From contig JBEUKZ010000038.1 of NCBI GenBank assembly GCA_048128005.1, positions 310,001-374,000 of the forward strand: a DNA stretch of 64,000 bases, read 5' to 3'. The position numbers were made by a program, and so were the translations under genes. The notes below the pieces were generated by a model. The model did no database searches. It had not been told where the DNA came from and worked only from the letters and a program-made list of their open reading frames with translations. This document shows positions 44,458-63,055 of the stretch, piece after piece; within the stretch, counting starts at the first letter, position 1, and each line of letters starts with the position of its first letter. The stretch is from Veleropilina oligotropha. Lineage: Eukaryota.

Positions 44458-45740
44458 ACTCACCGCTTTTCTAACGAAGTTCCAACGGCCCTTTTCAGGG
44501 CCACCAAATTCTTCCGAGAGAATACCCTAATTGTGCCAATTCGTATATCTTGTAGCATAAATTACATGTGCATCAATTAGGCTTTGCACACGCAAACGCG
44601 CATTACGCTTTTAACAGTAAATTGCATACAGACTCGTCAAATGATACGGAAATGCACTCGATTACACTAATTGTGCAGGGAACAATTGTTAGCTCAGCTA
44701 TTGTTTTTTGTTTTAAATTCATTGAATTTAGTCATTTAAACAATACACTCGATTTTTGGTTTCCAAGTGATCAAATAAATAGCAATTAATCTACCCGAAA
44801 CACACCACGAGTTATTTCCCTTGCACCGTTGGGCCAACTGAACAAAGAACAAATTATGAAATCTAACGACGATCTTGATACTCCGGCGCACAACGCATTG
44901 CACGCGACAACACGATATAGCTATAGCGACTTCGAATTGGGTGCACAATGTAAAAAAAATGATACTCACCATAAAAAACCTCAAATAGAAAAACAGTGGC
45001 GCGCTTTCTCACTCTCTCGAAATCTTCATCAACAGAAAAGAACGATGAATAAATATGGCAATAGAGCATTTATCAACAATGCCCCAACACTCTGGAACAA
45101 ACTCACATCTAAAGTAAAGGAAAGTACAACTCTGGCAGGTTTTCGGAAGACATTGATTACACACCTATTTGCTGATGTATATGCCAACCTGATCACGTCT
45201 CACTAACAATTCGAATTAGCTGACATCGTAGTAGTGGATGACAGTAATGACTGGTTCACATTCGGTTATTGTTATTGCTTGCATCATATGTATCATTTAA
45301 AATTGGTTGAAGTTCATGCTAGTGGCTGCTTCACCTCTTTGTCTGATTGTGCTTGGGAAAACAAAATAATTTTATTGGGAATTATTGTATTCATGGTATC
45401 ATTGATGTTTCCCCTACAGGTATATTCTCATGTACTGTAATATTAAATAATAAATAACAATAATAATTCAGGCAACGAATATTTGTAAAAAAAAATTAAT
45501 ATCAAGTTAAAAATCAATGTTGGGACTACTTCTAGCACGTTAAACGCTTGCATCGTTGATACTTTCCTTATTTATTTACACCGGTTAAAATATTTTCTGC
45601 ACCGCGCCACTAAATTGCCGGAAATGGATAGAAAACTGAAACCATTTCGTCCAATGAAACTGATCGTCCAATGAGAGGCCTGGCTGTAATTGGCGCGAGA
45701 TACGATTAAATAGGGACAGTTAGGAGTAAAGATGCATTGA

Positions 45741-46184
<444 letters not shown>

Positions 46185-46544
46185 AGCTTAGGCGTCGCTC
46201 CATGCAAACCAACGGCCCTTTTCAGGGCCACCAACATCCTCCGAAAGAATACCTTTGTTAACATCCCATACGTTCAAAACCGCCCGCATTTACTGACTTA
46301 AAAATTTACTTTGTAAGTAGTAAAATTCCATATATTTGGTAGTAAAATTGAACAATAAATAGTTAATTTCACTATTTAAATAGTTTATATTAGGATACTA
46401 CTTAAATTAGTGAATAATATTCACATATATGCTCTGTCCGTTCACGCATAAACGAAGTACTCTTACATTGCAGCATTGAATTCAAAATGAGATCCAATGC
46501 TCAATAATGAATATGCGTTTGATATGCAAAATGTCACTTGCGTT

Positions 46545-46575
<31 letters not shown>

Positions 46576-47188
46576 GGTGTTAATTGACAGGATGTTCGAA
46601 TCGCGCCCGATTTCTTCAGTTTTCATTTATTCATTAGCGTCGACGCCTGTATTTTCATAATCTTAATATTACAATGGAAAATATATTAAAAAGTGGTCTC
46701 AAAATATATTATGTTACCAAATCATTTATTTGTCATCGCATTTATACATACATCTGAAAATATTACACGTTCTGGAAGGATGTCTCAAGAAAATCTTTTG
46801 AGCCCGTTAGTCAAGACACCCCGAGAAGACGTGCAATAAAATGTATGTAAAACCAAAACATAAATAAATTAAACAACAGTGGGTTTTATAAAGTGTGATA
46901 GATTGCTAGTTTCCTAAATTTGCATATTTACAATTAGTCTTGCATATCAGCATAATGTAGAAGAAATGTTGCTTTTAATGTGTTGTTGTATGGTATTTAA
47001 ATTTCCTGTTTCTGTTGACAGTTTTTCTAGAATTATAATCGAAGATAATCGTTTGTTTGTTGTACAATGTGGTACATGAAATTTATCTTTAGTATGGATA
47101 CGTTGTGGCACAACTAGGGTATTCTATCGGAAGATTTTGGTGGCCCTGAAAAGGGCCGTTGGTTACTTGGTCCGTAAAACCGAATCTG

Positions 47189-47566
47189 TTACTTGGCAGC
47201 CTTGGAGCTCTTCTTGGGTAGAAGCACCGCTTGGATGTTGGGTAGCACACCACCCTGGGCGATGGTTACTCCGGACAGCAGTCTGTTCAGCTCCTCGTCG
47301 TTGCGGATGGCCAGCTGGAGGTGACGGGGAATGATTCTCGTCTTCTTGTTGTCTCGGGCGGCGTTACCTGCCAACTCGAGGACTTCAGCGGCAAGATATT
47401 CCATCACAGCAGCCAGGTAGACTGGAGCCCCAGCGCCGACACGCTCGGCATAATGTCCTTTTCGGAGATGGCGGTGGATACGACCGACTGGAAATTGAAG
47501 TCCGGCACGGGATGAGCGAGTCTTGCTCTTTGACTTGGATTTTCCTCCTTTGCCTCGTCCTGACAT
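47189..47566 (-). CDS. H2A: Histone H2A
   Basis: Identical H2A. Confidence 0.99.
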   Translation of the reverse strand: MSGRGKGGKSKSKSKTRSSRAGLQFPVGRIHRHLRKGHYAERVGAGAPVYLAAVMEYLAAEVLELAGNAARDNKKTRIIPRHLQLAIRNDEELNRLLSGVTIAQGGVLPNIQAVLLPKKSSKAAK

Positions 47567-47825
47567 ATTTTCTTCTTATCCGTCCGTTTCGCAATTGAAA
47601 TGAAGACAGTAATAGAAATAGCACGGCCACGCCGGTCTATAATCGCTCGAAATGGATTGAAATTTCACGTATCAAATTTGGCGGCAACCAATAAGATTCT
47701 GAGCTGATCAATTAGCGCTAGGCGACCAATAGAAATGAAATCCAGTTTCAATCCACGCCACGTGATTTCAACCCTATCAAATAGCCACGAACGCTTATTT
47801 TTCATCACATCTACCTGATACAAGC

Positions 47826-48194
47826 ATGCCACCAAAAGTTAGTTCTAAGGGAGCGAAGAAGGCAGGAAAGGCGAAAGCCGCACGGGGCGGAGACAAGAAG
47901 AGGAGACGCAAGAGGAAGGAAAGCTACAGCATTTACATCTACAAAGTCATGAAGCAGGTCCATCCCGACACTGGCATCTCGTCGAAGGCCATGGTCATCA
48001 TGAACAGCTTCGTAAACGACATCTTCGAGCGCATCGCCGGAGAAGCATCCCGCCTCGCACAGTACAACAAGAGGTCGACCATCACCAGCCGAGAGATCCA
48101 AACCGCCGTCCGCTTGCTCCTGCCCGGTGAACTGGCAAAGCACGCTGTCAGTGAGGGAACGAAAGCGGTCACCAAATACACCAGCAGCAAGTAA
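47826..48194 (+). CDS. H2B: Histone H2B
   Basis: Identical H2B. Confidence 0.99.
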   Translation: MPPKVSSKGAKKAGKAKAARGGDKKRRRKRKESYSIYIYKVMKQVHPDTGISSKAMVIMNSFVNDIFERIAGEASRLAQYNKRSTITSREIQTAVRLLLPGELAKHAVSEGTKAVTKYTSSK

Positions 48195-49186
48195 ATATTC
48201 GGATATATCTTGCCTGACAACCAACGGCCCTTTTCAGGGCCACCTAAATCTTCCGAGAGAATACCACTGTTATGCCATAGCGTTTGCTTGCTTAGCTAAG
48301 GAAATTGTAATAAGTTAATTGGTAGTTTACATAGAAACATACAAACATTCACCCATTTCATAACGCAAAGTAAGTTGCTCAATAAAAACACCAAACCTTT
48401 ATTCGTTTTCGCACGACCCTCCAATGTTTGTTGTCATCTGCCGATAAACATTATTCTAATATTCACCAAGCTGGCATAATAGTGTTAATGTGGCTGTTGT
48501 CCGCTTCGGAGTCTTGTTCTACTCACCAGACCGAACGAACACGACTAACGGCCTTCGCTAGGCTTTATAGGACACGCTTGCGTTTCCAGATCCCCAACAA
48601 TGTTATTCTTATCCGAAAGTCTTTATTTTATCCTTGGCTAAACGGAAAATTCACGCCACGGACTGCTTCGAACGATGGTTTTCAACTGTCAAACAGCAGC
48701 ATCAAAAAATACGAACACGGCTGATCGCACCCACGAAGTATGAAAAACTATAGGGCTGCTATTGATTGCGTATGTTCATAATACGAAAGTTATAACGTTA
48801 AATTACTTTGTATGGAAGTTATTGTTGCTAAAGATCATCTTTACGAGCGATAGTCATTATTAATAGGCTCATTCGTGTGGTACTTTCCCTTGAGTACGGA
48901 GTTGGTTGCGCATTAGCAAAAAAACGTATTCACAACTGTATGAAAATAAATTGTATTGTGAAATCAAGCAAAAATTGCCGAATACGATAAATGGCCTAGT
49001 AGAAATCGTGCTTAACAGTTTTTACGTAATCAACGAAGCCTACCACTCGAATGGGGGCTATTGTTTCTCTTGGCGAAATTAGGAGAACAATGATTGGCCG
49101 ATCGTTTCGTCGAAATCGTATTCTGACCAATCGGGTTAGCGGCGAGGGGTTTTCCTTAGCGTCCGCCACAACGGTATATAACATAA

Positions 49187-49537
<351 letters not shown>

Positions 49538-50820
49538 ACTCACCGCTTTTCTAACGAAGTTCCAACGGCCCTTTTCAGGGCCACCAAATTCTTCCGAGAG
49601 AATACCCTAATTGTGCCAATTCGTATATCTTGTAGCATAAATTACATGTGCATCAATTAGGCTTTGCACACGCAAACGCGCATTACGCTTTTAACAGTAA
49701 ATTGCATACAGACTCGTCAAATGATACGGAAATGCACTCGATTACACTAATTGTGCAGGGAACAATTGTTAGCTCAGCTATTGTTTTTTGTTTTAAATTC
49801 ATTGAATTTAGTCATTTAAACAATACACTCGATTTTTGGTTTCCAAGTGATCAAATAAATAGCAATTAATCTACCCGAAACACACCACGAGTTATTTCCC
49901 TTGCACCGTTGGGCCAACTGAACAAAGAACAAATTATGAAATCTAACGACGATCTTGATACTCCGGCGCACAACGCATTGCACGCGACAACACGATATAG
50001 CTATAGCGACTTCGAATTGGGTGCACAATGTAAAAAAAATGATACTCACCATAAAAAACCTCAAATAGAAAAACAGTGGCGCGCTTTCTCACTCTCTCGA
50101 AATCTTCATCAACAGAAAAGAACGATGAATAAATATGGCAATAGAGCATTTATCAACAATGCCCCAACACTCTGGAACAAACTCACATCTAAAGTAAAGG
50201 AAAGTACAACTCTGGCAGGTTTTCGGAAGACATTGATTACACACCTATTTGCTGATGTATATGCCAACCTGATCACGTCTCACTAACAATTCGAATTAGC
50301 TGACATCGTAGTAGTGGATGACAGTAATGACTGGTTCACATTCGGTTATTGTTATTGCTTGCATCATATGTATCATTTAAAATTGGTTGAAGTTCATGCT
50401 AGTGGCTGCTTCACCTCTTTGTCTGATTGTGCTTGGGAAAACAAAATAATTTTATTGGGAATTATTGTATTCATGGTATCATTGATGTTTCCCCTACAGG
50501 TATATTCTCATGTACTGTAATATTAAATAATAAATAACAATAATAATTCAGGCAACGAATATTTGTAAAAAAAAATTAATATCAAGTTAAAAATCAATGT
50601 TGGGACTACTTCTAGCACGTTAAACGCTTGCATCGTTGATACTTTCCTTATTTATTTACACCGGTTAAAATATTTTCTGCACCGCGCCACTAAATTGCCG
50701 GAAATGGATAGAAAACTGAAACCATTTCGTCCAATGAAACTGATCGTCCAATGAGAGGCCTGGCTGTAATTGGCGCGAGATACGATTAAATAGGGACAGT
50801 TAGGAGTAAAGATGCATTGA

Positions 50821-51264
<444 letters not shown>

Positions 51265-52266
51265 AGCTTAGGCGTCGCTCCATGCAAACCAACGGCCCTT
51301 TTCAGGGCCACCAACATCCTCCGAAAGAATACCTTTGTTAACATCCCATACGTTCAAAACCGCCCGCATTTACTGACTTAAAAATTTACTTTGTAAGTAG
51401 TAAAATTCCATATTTTTGGTAGTAAAATTGAACAATAAATAGTTAATTTCACTATTTAAATAGTTTATATTAGGATACTACTTAAATTAGTGAATAATAT
51501 TCACATATATGCTCTGTCCGTTCACGCATAAACGAAGTACTCTTACATTGCAGCATTGAATTCAAAATGAGATCCAATGCTCAATAATGAATATGCGTTT
51601 GATATGCAAAATGTCACTTGCGTTGTGTGTGTGTGGGGGGGGGGGGGGGGGGGGGTGTTAATTGACAGGATGTTCGAATCGCGCCCGATTTCTTCAGTTT
51701 TCATTTATTCATTAGCGTCGACGCCTGTATTTTCATAATCTTAATATTACAATGGAAAATATATTAAAAAGTGGTCTCAAAATATATTATGTTACCAAAT
51801 CATTTATTTGTCATCGCATTTATACATACATCTGAAAATATTACACGTTCTGGAAGGATGTCTCAAGAAAATCTTTTGAGCCCGTTAGTCAAGACACCCC
51901 GAGAAGACGTGCAATAAAATGTATGTAAAACCAAAACATAAATAAATTAAACAACAGTGGGTTTTATAAAGTGTGATAGATTGCTAGTTTCCTAAATTTG
52001 CATATTTACAATTAGTCTTGCATATCAGCATAATGTAGAAGAAATGTTGCTTTTAATGTGTTGTTGTATGGTATTTAAATTTCCTGTTTCTGTTGACAGT
52101 TTTTCTAGAATTAGAATCGAAGATAATCGTTTGTTTGTTGTACAATGTGGTACATGAAATTTATCTTTAGTATGGATACGTTGTGGCACAACTAGGGTAT
52201 TCTATCGGAAGATTTTGGTGGCCCTGAAAAGGGCCGTTGGTTACTTGGTCCGTAAAACCGAATCTG

Positions 52267-52644
52267 TTACTTGGCAGCCTTGGAGCTCTTCTTGGGTAGA
52301 AGCACCGCTTGGATGTTGGGTAGCACACCACCCTGGGCGATGGTTACTCCGGACAGCAGTCTGTTCAGCTCCTCGTCGTTGCGGATGGCCAGCTGGAGGT
52401 GACGGGGAATGATTCTCGTCTTCTTGTTGTCTCGGGCGGCGTTACCTGCCAACTCGAGGACTTCAGCGGCAAGATATTCCATCACAGCAGCCAGGTAGAC
52501 TGGAGCCCCAGCGCCGACACGCTCGGCATAATGTCCTTTTCGGAGATGGCGGTGGATACGACCGACTGGAAATTGAAGTCCGGCACGGGATGAGCGAGTC
52601 TTGCTCTTTGACTTGGATTTTCCTCCTTTGCCTCGTCCTGACAT
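52267..52644 (-). CDS. H2A: Histone H2A
   Basis: Identical H2A. Confidence 0.99.
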   Translation of the reverse strand: MSGRGKGGKSKSKSKTRSSRAGLQFPVGRIHRHLRKGHYAERVGAGAPVYLAAVMEYLAAEVLELAGNAARDNKKTRIIPRHLQLAIRNDEELNRLLSGVTIAQGGVLPNIQAVLLPKKSSKAAK

Positions 52645-52903
52645 ATTTTCTTCTTATCCGTCCGTTTCGCAATTGAAATGAAGACAGTAATAGAAATAGC
52701 ACGGCCACGCCGGTCTATAATCGCTCGAAATGGATTGAAATTTCACGTATCAAATTTGGCGGCAACCAATAAGATTCTGAGCTGATCAATTAGCGCTAGG
52801 CGACCAATAGAAATGAAATCCAGTTTCAATCCACGCCACGTGATTTCAACCCTATCAAATAGCCACGAACGCTTATTTTTCATCACATCTACCTGATACA
52901 AGC

Positions 52904-53272
52904 ATGCCACCAAAAGTTAGTTCTAAGGGAGCGAAGAAGGCAGGAAAGGCGAAAGCCGCACGGGGCGGAGACAAGAAGAGGAGACGCAAGAGGAAGGAAA
53001 GCTACAGCATTTACATCTACAAAGTCATGAAGCAGGTCCATCCCGACACTGGCATCTCGTCGAAGGCCATGGTCATCATGAACAGCTTCGTAAACGACAT
53101 CTTCGAGCGCATCGCCGGAGAAGCATCCCGCCTCGCACAGTACAACAAGAGGTCGACCATCACCAGCCGAGAGATCCAAACCGCCGTCCGCTTGCTCCTG
53201 CCCGGTGAACTGGCAAAGCACGCTGTCAGTGAGGGAACGAAAGCGGTCACCAAATACACCAGCAGCAAGTAA
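52904..53272 (+). CDS. H2B: Histone H2B
   Basis: Identical H2B. Confidence 0.99.
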   Translation: MPPKVSSKGAKKAGKAKAARGGDKKRRRKRKESYSIYIYKVMKQVHPDTGISSKAMVIMNSFVNDIFERIAGEASRLAQYNKRSTITSREIQTAVRLLLPGELAKHAVSEGTKAVTKYTSSK

Positions 53273-54264
53273 ATATTCGGATATATCTTGCCTGACAACC
53301 AACGGCCCTTTTCAGGGCCACCTAAATCTTCCGAGAGAATACCACTGTTATGCCATAGCGTTTGCTTGCTTAGCTAAGGAAATTGTAATAAGTTAATTGG
53401 TAGTTTACATAGAAACATACAAACATTCACCCATTTCATAACGCAAAGTAAGTTGCTCAATAAAAACACCAAACCTTTATTCGTTTTCGCACGACCCTCC
53501 AATGTTTGTTGTCATCTGCCGATAAACATTATTCTAATATTCACCAAGCTGGCATAATAGTGTTAATGTGGCTGTTGTCCGCTTCGGAGTCTTGTTCTAC
53601 TCACCAGACCGAACGAACACGACTAACGGCCTTCGCTAGGCTTTATAGGACACGCTTGCGTTTCCAGATCCCCAACAATGTTATTCTTATCCGAAAGTCT
53701 TTATTTTATCCTTGGCTAAACGGAAAATTCACGCCACGGACTGCTTCGAACGATGGTTTTCAACTGTCAAACAGCAGCATCAAAAAATACGAACACGGCT
53801 GATCGCACCCACGAAGTATGAAAAACTATAGGGCTGCTATTGATTGCGTATGTTCATAATACGAAAGTTATAACGTTAAATTACTTTGTATGGAAGTTAT
53901 TGTTGCTAAAGATCATCTTTACGAGCGATAGTCATTATTAATAGGCTCATTCGTGTGGTACTTTCCCTTGAGTACGGAGTTGGTTGCGCATTAGCAAAAA
54001 AACGTATTCACAACTGTATGAAAATAAATTGTATTGTGAAATCAAGCAAAAATTGCCGAATACGATAAATGGCCTAGTAGAAATCGTGCTTAACAGTTTT
54101 TACGTAATCAACGAAGCCTACCACTCGAATGGGGGCTATTGTTTCTCTTGGCGAAATTAGGAGAACAATGATTGGCCGATCGTTTCGTCGAAATCGTATT
54201 CTGACCAATCGGGTTAGCGGCGAGGGGTTTTCCTTAGCGTCCGCCACAACGGTATATAACATAA

Positions 54265-54615
<351 letters not shown>

Positions 54616-55898
54616 ACTCACCGCTTTTCTAACGAAGTTCCAACGGCCCTTTTCAGGGCCACCAAATTCTTCCGAGAGAATACCCTAATTGTGCCAATTC
54701 GTATATCTTGTAGCATAAATTACATGTGCATCAATTAGGCTTTGCACACGCAAACGCGCATTACGCTTTTAACAGTAAATTGCATACAGACTCGTCAAAT
54801 GATACGGAAATGCACTCGATTACACTAATTGTGCAGGGAACAATTGTTAGCTCAGCTATTGTTTTTTGTTTTAAATTCATTGAATTTAGTCATTTAAACA
54901 ATACACTCGATTTTTGGTTTCCAAGTGATCAAATAAATAGCAATTAATCTACCCGAAACACACCACGAGTTATTTCCCTTGCACCGTTGGGCCAACTGAA
55001 CAAAGAACAAATTATGAAATCTAACGACGATCTTGATACTCCGGCGCACAACGCATTGCACGCGACAACACGATATAGCTATAGCGACTTCGAATTGGGT
55101 GCACAATGTAAAAAAAATGATACTCACCATAAAAAACCTCAAATAGAAAAACAGTGGCGCGCTTTCTCACTCTCTCGAAATCTTCATCAACAGAAAAGAA
55201 CGATGAATAAATATGGCAATAGAGCATTTATCAACAATGCCCCAACACTCTGGAACAAACTCACATCTAAAGTAAAGGAAAGTACAACTCTGGCAGGTTT
55301 TCGGAAGACATTGATTACACACCTATTTGCTGATGTATATGCCAACCTGATCACGTCTCACTAACAATTCGAATTAGCTGACATCGTAGTAGTGGATGAC
55401 AGTAATGACTGGTTCACATTCGGTTATTGTTATTGCTTGCATCATATGTATCATTTAAAATTGGTTGAAGTTCATGCTAGTGGCTGCTTCACCTCTTTGT
55501 CTGATTGTGCTTGGGAAAACAAAATAATTTTATTGGGAATTATTGTATTCATGGTATCATTGATGTTTCCCCTACAGGTATATTCTCATGTACTGTAATA
55601 TTAAATAATAAATAACAATAATAATTCAGGCAACGAATATTTGTAAAAAAAAATTAATATCAAGTTAAAAATCAATGTTGGGACTACTTCTAGCACGTTA
55701 AACGCTTGCATCGTTGATACTTTCCTTATTTATTTACACCGGTTAAAATATTTTCTGCACCGCGCCACTAAATTGCCGGAAATGGATAGAAAACTGAAAC
55801 CATTTCGTCCAATGAAACTGATCGTCCAATGAGAGGCCTGGCTGTAATTGGCGCGAGATACGATTAAATAGGGACAGTTAGGAGTAAAGATGCATTGA

Positions 55899-56342
<444 letters not shown>

Positions 56343-57342
56343 AGCTTAGGCGTCGCTCCATGCAAACCAACGGCCCTTTTCAGGGCCACCAACATCCTCC
56401 GAAAGAATACCTTTGTTAACATCCCATACGTTCAAAACCGCCCGCATTTACTGACTTAAAAATTTACTTTGTAAGTAGTAAAATTCCATATTTTTGGTAG
56501 TAAAATTGAACAATAAATAGTTAATTTCACTATTTAAATAGTTTATATTAGGATACTACTTAAATTAGTGAATAATATTCACATATATGCTCTGTCCGTT
56601 CACGCATAAACGAAGTACTCTTACATTGCAGCATTGAATTCAAAATGAGATCCAATGCTCAATAATGAATATGCGTTTGATATGCAAAATGTCACTTGCG
56701 TTGTGTGTGTGTGGGGGGGGGGGGGGGGGGGTGTTAATTGACAGGATGTTCGAATCGCGCCCGATTTCTTCAGTTTTCATTTATTCATTAGCGTCGACGC
56801 CTGTATTTTCATAATCTTAATATTACAATGGAAAATATATTAAAAAGTGGTCTCAAAATATATTATGTTACCAAATCATTTATTTGTCATCGCATTTATA
56901 CATACATCTGAAAATATTACACGTTCTGGAAGGATGTCTCAAGAAAATCTTTTGAGCCCGTTAGTCAAGACACCCCGAGAAGACGTGCAATAAAATGTAT
57001 GTAAAACCAAAACATAAATAAATTAAACAACAGTGGGTTTTATAAAGTGTGATAGATTGCTAGTTTCCTAAATTTGCATATTTACAATTAGTCTTGCATA
57101 TCAGCATAATGTAGAAGAAATGTTGCTTTTAATGTGTTGTTGTATGGTATTTAAATTTCCTGTTTCTGTTGACAGTTTTTCTAGAATTATAATCGAAGAT
57201 AATCGTTTGTTTGTTGTACAATGTGGTACATGAAATTTATCTTTAGTATGGATACGTTGTGGCACAACTAGGGTATTCTATCGGAAGATTTTGGTGGCCC
57301 TGAAAAGGGCCGTTGGTTACTTGGTCCGTAAAACCGAATCTG

Positions 57343-57720
57343 TTACTTGGCAGCCTTGGAGCTCTTCTTGGGTAGAAGCACCGCTTGGATGTTGGGTAGC
57401 ACACCACCCTGGGCGATGGTTACTCCGGACAGCAGTCTGTTCAGCTCCTCGTCGTTGCGGATGGCCAGCTGGAGGTGACGGGGAATGATTCTCGTCTTCT
57501 TGTTGTCTCGGGCGGCGTTACCTGCCAACTCGAGGACTTCAGCGGCAAGATATTCCATCACAGCAGCCAGGTAGACTGGAGCCCCAGCGCCGACACGCTC
57601 GGCATAATGTCCTTTTCGGAGATGGCGGTGGATACGACCGACTGGAAATTGAAGTCCGGCACGGGATGAGCGAGTCTTGCTCTTTGACTTGGATTTTCCT
57701 CCTTTGCCTCGTCCTGACAT
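57343..57720 (-). CDS. H2A: Histone H2A
   Basis: Identical H2A. Confidence 0.99.
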   Translation of the reverse strand: MSGRGKGGKSKSKSKTRSSRAGLQFPVGRIHRHLRKGHYAERVGAGAPVYLAAVMEYLAAEVLELAGNAARDNKKTRIIPRHLQLAIRNDEELNRLLSGVTIAQGGVLPNIQAVLLPKKSSKAAK

Positions 57721-57979
57721 ATTTTCTTCTTATCCGTCCGTTTCGCAATTGAAATGAAGACAGTAATAGAAATAGCACGGCCACGCCGGTCTATAATCGC
57801 TCGAAATGGATTGAAATTTCACGTATCAAATTTGGCGGCAACCAATAAGATTCTGAGCTGATCAATTAGCGCTAGGCGACCAATAGAAATGAAATCCAGT
57901 TTCAATCCACGCCACGTGATTTCAACCCTATCAAATAGCCACGAACGCTTATTTTTCATCACATCTACCTGATACAAGC

Positions 57980-58348
57980 ATGCCACCAAAAGTTAGTTCT
58001 AAGGGAGCGAAGAAGGCAGGAAAGGCGAAAGCCGCACGGGGCGGAGACAAGAAGAGGAGACGCAAGAGGAAGGAAAGCTACAGCATTTACATCTACAAAG
58101 TCATGAAGCAGGTCCATCCCGACACTGGCATCTCGTCGAAGGCCATGGTCATCATGAACAGCTTCGTAAACGACATCTTCGAGCGCATCGCCGGAGAAGC
58201 ATCCCGCCTCGCACAGTACAACAAGAGGTCGACCATCACCAGCCGAGAGATCCAAACCGCCGTCCGCTTGCTCCTGCCCGGTGAACTGGCAAAGCACGCT
58301 GTCAGTGAGGGAACGAAAGCGGTCACCAAATACACCAGCAGCAAGTAA
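57980..58348 (+). CDS. H2B: Histone H2B
   Basis: Identical H2B. Confidence 0.99.
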   Translation: MPPKVSSKGAKKAGKAKAARGGDKKRRRKRKESYSIYIYKVMKQVHPDTGISSKAMVIMNSFVNDIFERIAGEASRLAQYNKRSTITSREIQTAVRLLLPGELAKHAVSEGTKAVTKYTSSK

Positions 58349-59340
58349 ATATTCGGATATATCTTGCCTGACAACCAACGGCCCTTTTCAGGGCCACCTA
58401 AATCTTCCGAGAGAATACCACTGTTATGCCATAGCGTTTGCTTGCTTAGCTAAGGAAATTGTAATAAGTTAATTGGTAGTTTACATAGAAACATACAAAC
58501 ATTCACCCATTTCATAACGCAAAGTAAGTTGCTCAATAAAAACACCAAACCTTTATTCGTTTTCGCACGACCCTCCAATGTTTGTTGTCATCTGCCGATA
58601 AACATTATTCTAATATTCACCAAGCTGGCATAATAGTGTTAATGTGGCTGTTGTCCGCTTCGGAGTCTTGTTCTACTCACCAGACCGAACGAACACGACT
58701 AACGGCCTTCGCTAGGCTTTATAGGACACGCTTGCGTTTCCAGATCCCCAACAATGTTATTCTTATCCGAAAGTCTTTATTTTATCCTTGGCTAAACGGA
58801 AAATTCACGCCACGGACTGCTTCGAACGATGGTTTTCAACTGTCAAACAGCAGCATCAAAAAATACGAACACGGCTGATCGCACCCACGAAGTATGAAAA
58901 ACTATAGGGCTGCTATTGATTGCGTATGTTCATAATACGAAAGTTATAACGTTAAATTACTTTGTATGGAAGTTATTGTTGCTAAAGATCATCTTTACGA
59001 GCGATAGTCATTATTAATAGGCTCATTCGTGTGGTACTTTCCCTTGAGTACGGAGTTGGTTGCGCATTAGCAAAAAAACGTATTCACAACTGTATGAAAA
59101 TAAATTGTATTGTGAAATCAAGCAAAAATTGCCGAATACGATAAATGGCCTAGTAGAAATCGTGCTTAACAGTTTTTACGTAATCAACGAAGCCTACCAC
59201 TCGAATGGGGGCTATTGTTTCTCTTGGCGAAATTAGGAGAACAATGATTGGCCGATCGTTTCGTCGAAATCGTATTCTGACCAATCGGGTTAGCGGCGAG
59301 GGGTTTTCCTTAGCGTCCGCCACAACGGTATATAACATAA

Positions 59341-59691
<351 letters not shown>

Positions 59692-60974
59692 ACTCACCGC
59701 TTTTCTAACGAAGTTCCAACGGCCCTTTTCAGGGCCACCAAATTCTTCCGAGAGAATACCCTAATTGTGCCAATTCGTATATCTTGTAGCATAAATTACA
59801 TGTGCATCAATTAGGCTTTGCACACGCAAACGCGCATTACGCTTTTAACAGTAAATTGCATACAGACTCGTCAAATGATACGGAAATGCACTCGATTACA
59901 CTAATTGTGCAGGGAACAATTGTTAGCTCAGCTATTGTTTTTTGTTTTAAATTCATTGAATTTAGTCATTTAAACAATACACTCGATTTTTGGTTTCCAA
60001 GTGATCAAATAAATAGCAATTAATCTACCCGAAACACACCACGAGTTATTTCCCTTGCACCGTTGGGCCAACTGAACAAAGAACAAATTATGAAATCTAA
60101 CGACGATCTTGATACTCCGGCGCACAACGCATTGCACGCGACAACACGATATAGCTATAGCGACTTCGAATTGGGTGCACAATGTAAAAAAAATGATACT
60201 CACCATAAAAAACCTCAAATAGAAAAACAGTGGCGCGCTTTCTCACTCTCTCGAAATCTTCATCAACAGAAAAGAACGATGAATAAATATGGCAATAGAG
60301 CATTTATCAACAATGCCCCAACACTCTGGAACAAACTCACATCTAAAGTAAAGGAAAGTACAACTCTGGCAGGTTTTCGGAAGACATTGATTACACACCT
60401 ATTTGCTGATGTATATGCCAACCTGATCACGTCTCACTAACAATTCGAATTAGCTGACATCGTAGTAGTGGATGACAGTAATGACTGGTTCACATTCGGT
60501 TATTGTTATTGCTTGCATCATATGTATCATTTAAAATTGGTTGAAGTTCATGCTAGTGGCTGCTTCACCTCTTTGTCTGATTGTGCTTGGGAAAACAAAA
60601 TAATTTTATTGGGAATTATTGTATTCATGGTATCATTGATGTTTCCCCTACAGGTATATTCTCATGTACTGTAATATTAAATAATAAATAACAATAATAA
60701 TTCAGGCAACGAATATTTGTAAAAAAAAATTAATATCAAGTTAAAAATCAATGTTGGGACTACTTCTAGCACGTTAAACGCTTGCATCGTTGATACTTTC
60801 CTTATTTATTTACACCGGTTAAAATATTTTCTGCACCGCGCCACTAAATTGCCGGAAATGGATAGAAAACTGAAACCATTTCGTCCAATGAAACTGATCG
60901 TCCAATGAGAGGCCTGGCTGTAATTGGCGCGAGATACGATTAAATAGGGACAGTTAGGAGTAAAGATGCATTGA

Positions 60975-61418
<444 letters not shown>

Positions 61419-62418
61419 AGCTTAGGCGTCGCTCCATGCAAACCAACGGCCCTTTTCAGGGCCACCAACATCCTCCGAAAGAATACCTTTGTTAACATCC
61501 CATACGTTCAAAACCGCCCGCATTTACTGACTTAAAAATTTACTTTGTAAGTAGTAAAATTCCATATTTTTGGTAGTAAAATTGAACAATAAATAGTTAA
61601 TTTCACTATTTAAATAGTTTATATTAGGATACTACTTAAATTAGTGAATAATATTCACATATATGCTCTGTCCGTTCACGCATAAACGAAGTACTCTTAC
61701 ATTGCAGCATTGAATTCAAAATGAGATCCAATGCTCAATAATGAATATGCGTTTGATATGCAAAATGTCACTTGCGTTGTGTGTGTGGGGGGGGGGGGGG
61801 GGGGGGGTGTTAATTGACAGGATGTTCGAATCGCGCCCGATTTCTTCAGTTTTCATTTATTCATTAGCGTCGACGCCTGTATTTTCATAATCTTAATATT
61901 ACAATGGAAAATATATTAAAAAGTGGTCTCAAAATATATTATGTTACCAAATCATTTATTTGTCATCGCATTTATACATACATCTGAAAATATTACACGT
62001 TCTGGAAGGATGTCTCAAGAAAATCTTTTGAGCCCGTTAGTCAAGACACCCCGAGAAGACGTGCAATAAAATGTATGTAAAACCAAAACATAAATAAATT
62101 AAACAACAGTGGGTTTTATAAAGTGTGATAGATTGCTAGTTTCCTAAATTTGCATATTTACAATTAGTCTTGCATATCAGCATAATGTAGAAGAAATGTT
62201 GCTTTTAATGTGTTGTTGTATGGTATTTAAATTTCCTGTTTCTGTTGACAGTTTTTCTAGAATTATAATCGAAGATAATCGTTTGTTTGTTGTACAATGT
62301 GGTACATGAAATTTATCTTTAGTATGGATACGTTGTGGCACAACTAGGGTATTCTATCGGAAGATTTTGGTGGCCCTGAAAAGGGCCGTTGGTTACTTGG
62401 TCCGTAAAACCGAATCTG

Positions 62419-62796
62419 TTACTTGGCAGCCTTGGAGCTCTTCTTGGGTAGAAGCACCGCTTGGATGTTGGGTAGCACACCACCCTGGGCGATGGTTACT
62501 CCGGACAGCAGTCTGTTCAGCTCCTCGTCGTTGCGGATGGCCAGCTGGAGGTGACGGGGAATGATTCTCGTCTTCTTGTTGTCTCGGGCGGCGTTACCTG
62601 CCAACTCGAGGACTTCAGCGGCAAGATATTCCATCACAGCAGCCAGGTAGACTGGAGCCCCAGCGCCGACACGCTCGGCATAATGTCCTTTTCGGAGATG
62701 GCGGTGGATACGACCGACTGGAAATTGAAGTCCGGCACGGGATGAGCGAGTCTTGCTCTTTGACTTGGATTTTCCTCCTTTGCCTCGTCCTGACAT
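62419..62796 (-). CDS. H2A: Histone H2A
   Basis: Identical H2A. Confidence 0.99.
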   Translation of the reverse strand: MSGRGKGGKSKSKSKTRSSRAGLQFPVGRIHRHLRKGHYAERVGAGAPVYLAAVMEYLAAEVLELAGNAARDNKKTRIIPRHLQLAIRNDEELNRLLSGVTIAQGGVLPNIQAVLLPKKSSKAAK

Positions 62797-63055
62797 ATTT
62801 TCTTCTTATCCGTCCGTTTCGCAATTGAAATGAAGACAGTAATAGAAATAGCACGGCCACGCCGGTCTATAATCGCTCGAAATGGATTGAAATTTCACGT
62901 ATCAAATTTGGCGGCAACCAATAAGATTCTGAGCTGATCAATTAGCGCTAGGCGACCAATAGAAATGAAATCCAGTTTCAATCCACGCCACGTGATTTCA
63001 ACCCTATCAAATAGCCACGAACGCTTATTTTTCATCACATCTACCTGATACAAGC